The translations under genes and the position numbers were made by a program. A stretch of DNA of 57,519 bases from Octopus bimaculoides (taxonomy: Eukaryota). Position 1 is the stretch's first letter. Each line of letters opens with the position of its first letter. The notes beneath the pieces are model-generated. The model ran no database searches. It was not told where the DNA came from and worked only from the letters and a program-made list of their open reading frames with translations. The stretch is taken from positions 91,402,719 through 91,460,237 of the forward strand of contig NC_068987.1 of NCBI RefSeq assembly GCF_001194135.2, in the 5' to 3' direction. Shown here piece after piece: positions 1 to 11,860 of this stretch.

Positions 1-214
1 CATAACAAAAACACCAGGACTTACAAATATATATAACATACAGAAAATTGCACTACTGGGTACTGCACACATTCTACGCAAAACACTTTCAATACAGTAA
101 ACATAAGAGCACCACAGCAAACCACAGCACATACTCAAGGCGCACAGAGCTGCGCTCGGTAGTGAAGTGAAAGTACGTTATAAAAATAAAACTACTGAAT
201 AATAATAATAATAA
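1..214 (+). mobile_element. 3' end of R4/Dong-like RLE non-LTR retrotransposon (subfamily A) with (AAT)n tail
   Basis: Positions 2-100 translate ITKTPGLTNIYNIQKIALLGTAHILRKTLSIQ*. The same 3'UTR recurs at ~14050-14150, 15325-15422, 41245-41340 and 53746-53839. Confidence 0.85.
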
Positions 215-393
215 CATCGAAAAATACCTTAGGAATGAGAGCTGAGGTTCGAAATTTCTTCAAGACACCTGATGAAGTCTGGAGGGTATATCAGCCGAAA
301 CGTTGTGTTAACAACAAACAAGATGAAGACAAATATCCTTCAAAAGTAAATAATGTAATTAATGTACATAATTTCTCATTTCTTAAATATAGA
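215..393 (+). mobile_element. 3' module of the hammerhead-bearing SINE-like element (or PLE pLTR)
   Basis: Aligns by eye with 51817-51975 (+) and 51386-51555 (-): gaaaaataccttaggaatgaga...caagacacctgatgaag...ccgaaacgttgtgttaacaac...ttaaatataga. Confidence 0.8.
264..309 (+). ncRNA. Minimal type I hammerhead ribozyme-like motif, copy 1
   Basis: GACAC-CTGATGA-A-GTCTG(gagggtatat)CAGCC-GAAA-C-GT-T-GTGTT. Stem I is GACAC/GTGTT, stem III is the palindromic AACGTT, and stem II has one mismatch. Confidence 0.6.
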
Positions 394-399
394 GAAGCT

Positions 400-1830
400 G
401 TAACTGTTATTCAAGGGAAACTATTAAATAAGGGAATGAAATTTACGGATATTCCTCAAAAAGCTAACTTTGTTGTGAAGAAAAAAGATATCACAAAATT
501 CTGCCGAAACCCATGCAGCCCAAACATCTCAAAAGACGTGGTTATTAAATTGATGATTCACTACCAAGAAATATGAGATTTTTGTTGGTAGAAAGGAAGA
601 AATAAAAATCCAGTCGTTTACAATGAAAATAATCCAAATTTCTCACTTGAAATGACTGAAAATAAGAACATAAAATCGAATTTCTCAACACACACAAAAA
701 AAACAAAACAAAACAAAAAAAAACCCTGAAGAATTTAAAGGGTCTACAAAAGGAATTAATTATAATTTAAGATAGAGGTAGTACTACTTTATCCTACACA
801 TAAATTATTGTACAGAACGTATACTTGAAACACTGGAAAATAATTATTATATAAAATGAGGATCAGAAGCAACATACAATAATGGTAGATATTAAATATT
901 TTAAATAAGTATTATAACTGTTTCACTATTATAACTTTAGACACAAAACTAATGAAAAATATACCAATATAAATCTATAATTGATGTAAAATCTCTAAAA
1001 CCACATATATCAAATTTCTCTTCCCAGACGATCTAACATTAAAACAGATTATGGCAGGTGAAACGCAGAGGACCAGTTTTGAATATGTTATTGAAGTGAG
1101 CCAAAATATTATTTCTTTTGATCTTGTTACTTAATATATTAATACACACATTACAACAAAGAGCGATTGGTTTGATTCAAAGCATTTTGAATTACTAGAA
1201 TGAATTGAACAAAACTTAGATTAAGATATATGTTACAAAATAAATATTTCGTATTCGATAATTGAAGGTACCAAAAATATCAGGGATTACAATGAGTAGA
1301 ATAGTCACATCCACTTATGCCAACTTTGTGTCGGGTTATCATAAGAAAAATATATGACGAACCTCTATAAACATTTGGAAACACATTTTCCTCTTTTTAA
1401 AAACACACCAGGAAATGTGATATCAGGTGACGGCTTCATTTTATGATCGGATAATTTTGGTAAACAATGGAATTTGAAAATATTATCAACAACATAAACC
1501 TTACTATTCTATTCACGATGAATTTCAACCAGCAGGAACTGCCATTTTCTTCATGATTCAATTATGAAAACAGAATGGAAAATAGAAACAGGCATGTACA
1601 ATGAAGTGGTATCTTCTTTTCACAACCTGTCATCCTTAATATATTAGAACGAACATATCTTTCAACCTTACAAAAACAATTTTCACAACAGATTCGAAAA
1701 CCAGAAAAAAAACAATAAATTTTTCAAAGAATGGACGAATTGAATATAAAAGTTCTTATTTATTTTTCAAGATATCTAAAAGAGTTGAAGCAATTTTTTT
1801 CAACAGAATTGAACATTTTCCTCTTTTTGT
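400..1830 (+). mobile_element. Degenerate Penelope-like element ORF (N-terminal region and RT)
   Basis: Motifs across frames: LLNKGMKF..P..N......DI..FCR (~420-510), PDDLTLKQIMAG (~1023), SFDLVT*YIN (~1114), MLQNKYFVFDN followed by TYANF (~1230-1330), GDGFIL (~1426, YxDD position), FTMNFNQQELPF (~1512). Many stops and frameshifts. Confidence 0.7.
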
Positions 1831-1849
1831 TTGTAATATCTTTTTTTTT

Positions 1850-2232
1850 TGTCTTTTATCTTTTACATGTTGCAGTCATTAGACAGCGGCCATGCTGGGG
1901 TACCGCCTGAAGAAATTTTGTCGAACAAGTCGACCCCAGAACTTTTTTAAAGCCAGGTACTTAATTTATTGGGTCTTTTCACCAAATCGCTAAGTTATGA
2001 GGACGTAAACACACTAACGCAGGTTATAGGGGACAAACATAGATACGCATACACACACGCACTCACACATACACAATTATTCTTTCAGTTTCCGTCTACT
2101 AAATCCACTGACAAGTCTTTGGTCGGTCAGAGGCAACAGTAGAAGACACTTGCTTGAGGTGTCATGCAGAGGGATTGAAACCGGAATCTTGTAGTTGGGA
2201 AGCAAACTTCTTACCACACAATCACACCTTGC
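1850..2232 (-). mobile_element. tRNA-derived SINE, family 1 (CORE-like 'ggcaccttgggcaagtgtctt' domain)
   Basis: Homologous to 23978-24517 (-) and 50703-51123 (+). B-box-like head at the right end. Confidence 0.8.
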
Positions 2233-2346
2233 ACCCACATAGCATGTATTTGAAATGGGTTCTGCATTTGCACCTTAATTTTGTAAACATACGTACATGA
2301 ACTCAATGCACACACGCATACACGTATACATCCACGCGCACGCGCA

Positions 2347-2387
<41 letters not shown>

Positions 2388-2823
2388 GTATATTGGAAGT
2401 CGATTCCAAAGCAATCAGTACTGAAACAATGTTGAAGCAACCATTTGATTGTTGGGAATTTCTACAGAAAAGTAAAAATTAATGAGACGCAGTCCTAATA
2501 ATAACACGTTCAGCGTATGATTTCAAAGGATTAGGATCATATTTTGGTGGAAAAACACGGAAAAAGAAAATTGCATACATTAGATATTGGGGTCAAGAGC
2601 TTAGGAAACGAGATAAGAGTGGAATGATGAACAATTAGCAGAGATGTGGGCCACCCGATTGGTTACTTTAAACAGGAAGTACGAAAGGAATTTCGGTATA
2701 GCAATAACATGGAAGTATGGAATCGAGGTAAAGAATTAATGCCATAATCCTAGTTAGACGATGTTTGAATTGGAAGTTGATGGGTCATGGCCGGAATACA
2801 TTTGATAATATTTTTATGTTCGA

Positions 2824-3058
2824 AGGCGGCGAGCTGGCAGGAACGTTAGCACGGCGGGCGAAATGCTTAGCGGTATTTCGTCTGCTGCTACGTTCTGAGT
2901 TCAAATTCCGCCGAGGTCGACTTTGTTTTTCATCCTTTCGGGGTCGATAAATTAAGTACCAGTTACGCACTGGGGTCGATGTAATCGACTTAATCCCTTT
3001 GTCTGTCCTTATTTGTCCCCTCTATGTTTAGCCCCTTGTGGGCAATAAAGAAATAAGA
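2824..3058 (+). mobile_element. tRNA-derived SINE, family 2 (domain gcctttcatcctttcggggtcgataaattaagtaccag, resembling Deu/Nin-type SINE domains)
   Basis: Head ggcggcgagctggcag with B box gagttcaaattcc. Near-identical reverse copies at 9827-10045 and 48717-48950. The domain assignment is from memory. Confidence 0.85.
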
Positions 3059-3262
3059 GACGTTAGGACGCCGGGCGAAAAGCTTAGCGGTATTTATTCT
3101 GTCTTTATGTTCTGAGTTCAATTTCCGCCTAGGTTGACTTTGCCTTTCATCCTTTCGCGGTCGATAAATTAAGTACCAGTTGCGAACTGAGGTCGATCTA
3201 ATCGACTGACCCCCTTCCCCACCAAAATTTCCGGCCTCATGCCTAGGGTAGAAAAGAATATT
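3059..3262 (+). mobile_element. Family 2 SINE, 5'-truncated tandem copy with an alternative tail
   Basis: Same body as 2824-3058 but ends in ccccttccccaccaaaatttccggcctcatgcctagggtagaaaagaatatt. Confidence 0.75.
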
Positions 3263-4083
3263 TTTATGCTCGTTCAGGGCTCTGACAAATCGCAACGACA
3301 CCAACGATAAGGAAGCTGTGAGTAGTCAACGGACATACAAAGAATGACCGCCAACACTCACACGGATTCTTCTACTAAGAATGACTAGATAATGCTGTAC
3401 TGAATTCCCTGTCCAATTATAAAGGCCTGGGCTTCATATCTGCAGCGCTTTTTATAATGTGTCTGCTCCACGGTTAGGGGTAAGCATCAACGACAGCCTT
3501 GCGAACCACAATATAAAAGAAGAAGGAAAAAAGCCAATGTCTATAGGAAAATTTTCATGAAGAATATATCAATAAAACACCAAATGCCACACAAAAAAAA
3601 ACAATAAAAAAATCACAGACAGTGAAAGCAAACACAACAAAAATACTAACAGTGTTCCCAACAGGTATAAAGACAACAACAAGAAGAACAAGAAGAACAA
3701 GAACAATGATAGCAGCGTCGGTAGTAGAAGTGTCTTCATATGTATAAGTAATAGACAAACAGCACCAAGAAAAAGAATGACGACAACGCAGACAACAACG
3801 CCAGCGACGACGACCACAAGAGTTACAAGAGCAGCAGCAGCAGCAGCTGCGTAACGGCTGCAGTAAGAGAGGCAGCAGGAGCAATATTGATGATATGTTT
3901 AAAATCGATATGTTGTTCCACAGTAATTGGATTTTGCCACAAGGAAGTGAGAGTAATAGGAACTCATAAATAAACTGTTAAACTATTTATTTATTTCACA
4001 CATAGGACCGTCTACACAGACATACATATGCAGATATTAATATATTTACATACATACACCCACCCACTCACACACACCCATAG

Positions 4084-4084
<1 letters not shown>

Positions 4085-4137
<53 letters not shown>

Positions 4138-4213
4138 ATAAAGGACCACATCCAAATATGTACGCATTAGACACCTACACAAAAACGCAATAACACATTG
4201 ACAGACGCACAAC

Positions 4214-4246
<33 letters not shown>

Positions 4247-4254
4247 TGTATATA
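4085..4254. repeat. (CA)n and (TATG)n microsatellites abutting a gap
   Basis: Seen directly. Confidence 0.95.
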
Positions 4255-5178
4255 NNNNNNNNNNNNNNNNNNNNNNNNNNNNNNNNNNNNNNNNNNNNNN
4301 NNNNNNNNNNNNNNNNNNNNNNNNNNNNNNNNNNNNNNNNNNNNNNNNNNNNNNNNNNNNNNNNNNNNNNNNNNNNNNNNNNNNNNNNNNNNNNNNNNNN
4401 NNNNNNNNNNNNNNNNNNNNNNNNNNNNNNNNNNNNNNNNNNNNNNNNNNNNNNNNNNNNNNNNNNNNNNNNNNNNNNNNNNNNNNNNNNNNNNNNNNNN
4501 NNNNNNNNNNNNNNNNNNNNNNNNNNNNNATATATATGTATATATATATATATATATATATCACGTATCTTCAACGCAACAATGACCGATTCACAACGAC
4601 TGGCCTTTCATTTCAGAGATAGAATATTCTTCTGTTACCCACCCCTCTCACAACTACTAATTCTTCACAAATTTCAGATGAGATCTGTAATGGAATGCAG
4701 CTTCGCATTTAGAACGGTGTTGCTACTAGTAATACAGGTATCCTAAACTCCATACAATTACGGCTACTCGTTTGATTGATATCACAGACACATTACAATA
4801 TCTGATTCACAGACAAACTGTGTCCTCTCTCAGTCCTTTCTACCAAAACTACATTTGCCTCTGCTTTTCTGAGCTGGCTGGTCATATGTCACCTACATTC
4901 AGGTAGTTTCCACTAGTCTCCATTCTTCTCTGTGTAATCCTTATTGTCTCCGGCTCATTCAAAGATGGACGCTAACCACTTCAACCTCGTCCTTCTGAAT
5001 GTCCAACCTTGCACATTGTTTTCTGAAGCCGTAGTTTGCTACAACTGAAGACAAGGACATGAACCACAGCGAGGTAAATGGTCTTCATTGACTTGTGAAG
5101 GCATATTCGTCCTGGCCAATCCAATATAAAAATAAATATAAGTATACCAGCATTAGTATAGACATTGCGATCCTATGG

Positions 5179-5217
<39 letters not shown>

Positions 5218-5626
5218 NNNNNNNNNNNNNNNNNNNNNNNNNNNNNNNNNNNNNNNNNNNNNNNNNNNNNNNNNNNNNNNNNNNNNNNNNNNNNNNNNNN
5301 NNNNNNNNNNNNNNNNNNNNNNNNNNNNNNNNNNNNNNNNNNNNNNNNNNNNNNNNNNNNNNNNNNNNNNNNNNNNNNNNNNNNNNNNNNNNNNNNNNNN
5401 NNNNNNNNNNNNNNNNNNNNNNNNNNNNNNNNNNNNNNNNNNNNNNNNNNNNNNNNNNNNNNNNNNNNNNNNNNNNNNNNNNNNNNNNNNNNNNNNNNNN
5501 NNNNNNNNNNNNNNNNNNNNNNNNNNNNNNNNNNNNNNNNNNNNNNNNNNNNNNNNNNNNNNNNNNNNNNNNNNNNNNNNNNNNNNNNNNNNNNNNNNNN
5601 NNNNNNNNNNNNNNNNNNNNNNNNNN

Positions 5627-5657
<31 letters not shown>

Positions 5658-6319
5658 TTATATATATATATATAAATATATATGTAATATATATATACAT
5701 ACATATATATTTATACACACACACACATATATGATTAAAGGGAATCCATTAACTACCTAAGAGGATCAAAATGAAGCATATCACAATTGATGCATTGAGA
5801 CGATGACGCAAGTAATGATAGTGAATTAATCCATTACCATAGCAACTTCTTTAATATTCAATGATACATGGAACCTTAAGTTTGGCGTAAACGCATAATA
5901 AAAATAGACAAATGGCTTCTCAGTTACTGCTATAATTGTAACGTAAACATGTAGAATGCAAAACATACGTACGATTATGTAATACATTATGCAACTCTCA
6001 ACTCATCAGGCTTAACAAATAAAGCAGCCTGATTCATCAGCGGCAGGCTGATGATTCAAGCGTTCGTGGACAAAGGAAATTCCGAATCAGTTTTTAGCAA
6101 CGTTTAAGAATTGTAAAATGGGTGGAACTGTAATCACTAATCAGTCAATCAAGAGAGTGGAAGGAAGAATAATTAAAAGACATATCTCGTCTGATGATGC
6201 CACTAAACGATTCAAATACCGAATATTATCACACTACTGTAGAGAATGAAGCAAATCAATTAAATACATTGATAGATCAGATGACTAATAATAATAAGTT
6301 AAAATTATAGGGAGTGTGT

Positions 6320-6690
6320 GGAGGTGCAATGGCCCAGTGGTTAGGGCAGTGGACATGCGTTCGTAGGATCGCGGTTTTGATTCCCAGACCGGGCGTTGTG
6401 AGTGTTTATGGACCTAAAGCTCCACGATGCTCAGGCAGGGGGTGGTGGCGAACCCTGCTCTACTCTTTCACCACCACTTTCTCTCACACTTTCTTCCAGT
6501 TTCTGTTGTACCTGTATTTCGAAGGGCCAACCTAGTTACACACTGTGTCACGCTAAATCTCCCCGAGAGCTACATTAAGGGTACACGTGTCTGTGGAGTG
6601 CTCAGCTACTTGCACGTTAATTTCACGAGCAGGCTGTTCCGTTGATCGTATCAACTGGAACTCTCGTCGTCGTAACCGACGGAGTGCCAC
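6320..6690 (+). mobile_element. tRNA-derived SINE, family 3
   Basis: A box tggcccagtgg and degenerate B box ggttttgattcc in a tRNA-like head, followed by a ~300 bp non-tRNA body. No CCA end or acceptor stem. Confidence 0.7.
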
Positions 6691-8667
6691 ATAGGAAGTG
6701 TAAGATGTGCAAAGAATTTATAAGCATTATAAAGGATTATAAAGGCGATAACCAGGGAAAATAAAGCACAGATTATAAAGCTGCCACCGAAGGTCAAAAG
6801 CAAATCGATTAAAGTTACAAAATTGTAAATTATATATAATTACAACCATCATTATAGGTCATTAAAACTAAGGGTCCGTGAAAATAATGTAAATATGATC
6901 AGTTATTAGAATTAATAGTATTAGAAACAGTAGGCAGGAGTCTTATTACCTGTAACTAAGGTCTGTATTGTATGGTTATAGTTACGAATCTGGCATTTTA
7001 TAGGAACGGCCGTACAAAATCAAAGCAAAAAAACAAAGTCGAACCAAGATAAGGTTTTAAATCAGTTGGTAGAGACAGGGCGATCATAGGTCTATTCGAT
7101 CCATGCCGGCTTTCGGCCCAAAACAAAACCACAGCAATAACAGCATCAATGGAGACAGTAACAACTCATCACAAGGAATATTTCACATTAGTTAATATTT
7201 ATAAAATAAAAACACAAACCGTCAGATAGTGGAATCGTACTGTACATAGGATTGTTGTCCAAAATGTTCTTGATATTTCTATAAACTTTTCTCGTACATT
7301 TTTGAAATAAAAATAAAGCAACATAGCTATATTGTTCAGATTTGATGAACTGATTAAACGAATCGATTATCTGGCCTCTAGATGGTTCGAGAGATTTAAG
7401 ATTATCGATTCCTCATATAGTGTTTCCATCTTTTACTTCAATGCACCACCATCTGTCTATCTCATTCTCTCCTATCTCTCTCTCACACTTTACTCTCTCT
7501 CTCTCTCAGTCTCAGTCACTCTCTCTTTCTCTCTCTCTCTTTCTATATTTTTCTCTTTCTCAATATCTCAGGCGTACTTTTAATTTTGTTTCGCTCCGAG
7601 AAAATCCAATAACGTACTGAAGTCAATTTTGGGCTAAAAGTAATTTACTTGTTAATGAAAATTAATTTTAAAATTAGACAAGCTCTTACAGTATTCAGAA
7701 TATATACACACAACCCATAGACCTATCTCTTGATGTACTCATATACGCTTACACGTTCACACACGCTCACTCACGCACACACAGATATGTACGTATACAT
7801 GTGAGTATATGTGTATGTTTGCGTATGACTGTGTGTTTTTCCATGCAGTGATGTGTGTGTCATTACGAATTCCATTGCATATATATATATAAATATACAT
7901 ATATATATATATATGTGCGTGTGTGTGTGTGCGCACATATATATATAAAATATATACATGCACATACATATACATAATAGTATGTACATTTTGCTCAGAT
8001 AACTAAATAATCATTAGGTGTATATATACATATGTACATATACGTATACAGGTACAGGTACAAGATGTGTATACACTTATATCATGCTATGGTATATATA
8101 TATGTATGTGTGCACGTGCATGTCTTTTATATGTGTATACACATATTTTGCTCTGATTTAAGATGTAAAATATAAAATTCAAAGACATCCAAACGCTTAT
8201 TTGGATGAAAGCACGTTTATGGATTGTACATACATATAATATACACCCAGTAACACTTACCTCTAGATAAACATACATGTGGCCACATACACGTACGCTC
8301 ATATACACACTAAAAAGGCAAAGAAACATCGATATACACATCTATACACATATATAAATACACAAGAGTTAACGTCTCAGCATTGATATTTCCCTTTGAT
8401 TACCAAGGAAGGTGGTTATCGTTTAGACTGCAACACTGGTGGAATAAAATTATAGTCTAAGTCAACCCAATCATGGCCAACCAGTCTATTTAAAGGACTA
8501 CATTACTTAACGTCCCTTTGGTGGTTGTAGGGTGTAGTGTGATTGGAAGGAGACTCAGCTGCAGTTTCTAGCCGGTCTTACCACCACATGAAGGTGCAAT
8601 TGCCTCGACGAGTAATTCACTGCCCCTGCTGGTGGTGCTGCTGCTGCTGTTATCATTTTTATTCAAT

Positions 8668-9815
8668 AAAATCGATCATGGAATGATATGCCACAAACAG
8701 CGTGATCTCGGCATAGTCGGGAAATTGGGAGACTGGTTGCATGACTTTCTGAAGGATAGAAATTAGGTGGTAGTAGCCAGTGGGGCTACCTCCAATGACA
8801 CGCAAATAGTGAGCGGTGTTCCGCAAGGCACTATTTTGGGACCTCTACTGTTTATAATGGCCCTCTCAGGTATGCCCTCAGCCACACAGAGCCACGATCA
8901 CAAGTTATGCAGATGACACAAAAGTTTCACAGGTAATACAGAACCATGAAGACGCTATGCACTTGCAATATGAGTTGGATGAAAAATACAATTGGGCTGA
9001 GAAGAATAGCATGCAGTTTAATGCTGAAAAGTTTCAGGCCTTGTGCTATCAGCATGCAAAACTAAATGCAATACCAATTAAATACACTGGACCTGCATGG
9101 ATTACAATCCGAGAGACACAGTCAGTGCGAGACCTGGGCATTTACATGAGTAATTATGCATCCTTACATGCGCATGTTGCTAAGTTGGCAATGAAATGCA
9201 GGCGGCTGACCGATGGATTCTTAGAACTTTTAGTACGAGAGATCAGGAAACCATGATGGTCTTCAGGAGGACACTTGCCCTTAGCCGCTTTGGCTATTGC
9301 TCCCAGCTATGGTCACCACCCAGTGTACAATTAATTGCAGAAAGCAAGGTAATCCATCGAAGTTATACAAAGAGATAGCCTTTATGCAGCATATAAGCTA
9401 CTGGGAAAGACTCAAGAGATTGAGACTCTATTTCTTAGAGCGTTGGCGGGAAAGATATGCCATAATATACATGTGGAAGATCCTAGAGGCACTTGTCCGA
9501 AACATAGTGTCAAAGACTCCAAATGTGCCATCAATATAAAGGACAAGATATTGCTTTAAAAGTCCACAACTCTTCAATATCCTCCCGAAAGACTTGAGAG
9601 ACCTACAAAAAGTGAATGTAGGTGTCTTCAAAATGAAAATAGACCTCTTAGTGTCAAGTGTCCGAGAGGAACCAACTTTACAGCAGGAAGTGCAGATGAG
9701 GGTATCGGCACCAAACTCCATCATGCACCAAACGTCAATTTCTAAAAAGAATTAGTGAAGTAAAATTATGCAGCAACGCCACATGGCGGTGCCCCAGCTG
9801 GCCACATCAAATTAA
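8668..9815 (+). mobile_element. CR1-clade LINE, 5'-truncated, RT domain to 3'UTR
   Basis: KIDHGMICHK...SGVPQGTILGPLLF (VPQG at 8818-8829), YADD at 8906-8917, NWAEKNSMQFNAEKF, VRDLGI, SYWERLKRL.LY.LE..RERY..IY.WKI. Frameshifted. Confidence 0.9.
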
Positions 9816-9826
9816 ATCTATCTATC

Positions 9827-10152
<326 letters not shown>

Positions 10153-11180
10153 CGTATGTTCATCTCCTGTAAATAATCAGGGCAAGGCACTCTGGCGAAG
10201 TAACGGAATGAATTAAACTCAACTCGAATTCTCCATATTTTCGGATTTTCGAGATATCACAACAGACAGCAGTTTCCAAACGCTTGAGCTGTTTACAGCT
10301 TCATAGACGGGAGCATTGGCAGTGAAATATATTCTCAATAGACGTGTCATAAAATAACCGTTAAAGATCTAAGAACCGCTAACCTTTCGATTGATACTGA
10401 GTTATTTATTTCATCGATTTATTGAGTTATTTCATTGAATCGATTTAATCGCTGCAAATTTGTCATCGGACGTAATTTTCCCCTCACAATTACGAATAGA
10501 TACGCAATCTTCTGGGATTTCTGCCTATAGCAGACTCAAATTAAAAGAATATTTATTTTGTATCTGCTTTAATTTGAAACTCCGGAATCATTCACTATTC
10601 CTGATTGACATCTTGGAGGTGAGTAAGAGATTTGGTTCGGATTCTCGTTTGCGCTGTTGAACTAATTCCGTTCTTTGTTCTTTTTTTTTTTGTTTTGTCT
10701 AATTGAAACAGTCGCCAATTCTCATTCAATATGTACTTCACATCCTTTGAAATGTGACACAACATCCCAGACATTGTATAATAGAGTTCGTTACTGACGT
10801 TTCTAAATCTGTTGGTCATATATTATTTGATTCTATTCTAAATAATACAAGCATGATTTATGGAAAATTATACTCTTATGAACAGAATACATATTCACCC
10901 GTAAACCTCGTAGTGTAGGGAGGAATAATGCACATAAATTCCAAAGAATGCTGGTGATGCTTTAATACTCATTTACATAGCAAGAATTGCCAAGCTTCTG
11001 GATGCAAGATTTCTTTATGAATGTATTATATATATTCAGATTTATTTCAAGATTTCTTGCCAATCGAGAGTCGGTTTCTAATGTAGATCCAAGACTCCTT
11101 CGAATTCAGACATCAACAATGTATGTATGTATGTATGTATGTATGTATGTATGTATGTATGTATGTATATATGTATGTAT

Positions 11181-11352
11181 AGTGAATAGGGGAAAGCTTG
11201 GTCTGCAATGTTTGCAGTCGTGTATGCTTGTCAAGATCAGGGCTCATTAGCCACCAACGGAGCCGCAAATGCAAAATATAAGTTAGTTCTAGAGCGCACA
11301 ATGTTCCTGAAGGTCAGCAATGGTATTCCTCGGTCACTAGTGGATGGCCATC
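11181..11352 (+). mobile_element. RTE-clade LINE extreme 3' end (C-terminal zinc finger and 3'UTR)
   Basis: Translates SLVCNVCSRVCLSRSGLISHQRSRKC (Cys at 11204). The terminal tggtattcctcggtcactagtggatggcc resembles the 3' end of the RTE copy at 27882-27915. (TATG)n on both sides. Confidence 0.7.
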
Positions 11353-11689
11353 ATGTATGTAATTATGTATGTAATTATGTATGTATGTATGTATGTATGT
11401 ATGTATGTATGTATGTTTGTATGTATGGATATTGCGAGTTTTCATTCTCTTTAGGTCGGATCGCATATCGTCTTCCACAGCGTTTAAGTGCTTGCGAGTA
11501 CAAGCTATAACCCTGAACAAGATTCCAGTGTGTCGCAAATTTAATTTTTCAGCTATCGATTGGACTTATACTCCGCTCAATGAACCGAAACAACATAAAA
11601 TTAAGTGCTTTAAGTAATGCTTAGGCTGCTTCATTTCAGGATCGAAGCTACGGCAAAATAAAGCCCCTAAACCATCATACAAGCACACA

Positions 11690-11860
11690 AACACATACAC
11701 ACAAACACATACACACATAGATGCAATGGGTTTCCGCATAGCTTCCATCACTTATTGGTCAGCTTGAGCTTATAATAGAAGATATATGCGAGATGTGGCG
11801 TCAGTAGGATAAAATTTAGAATAACCTAGTTGCGAAGCTAACTTCTTACCCGCAGGCGTT
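11690..11860 (-). mobile_element. Highly decayed family 1 SINE 5' half
   Basis: cttattggtcagcttgagcttataatagaaga...aacttcttacc aligns loosely with family 1. Confidence 0.5.

Noticed and set aside
3555-3900. Gln/Thr/Asn-rich and hydrophobic antisense ORFs
   Set aside because: Decayed trinucleotide low-complexity DNA with no domain motif.
4820-5120. Higher-complexity block that might be a LINE 5'UTR
   Set aside because: No second copy in the window and no coding motif.
8400-8610. Probable old dispersed repeat, loosely similar to ~22560-22800 and ~31800-31990
   Set aside because: The similarity is too weak by eye to define boundaries or class.
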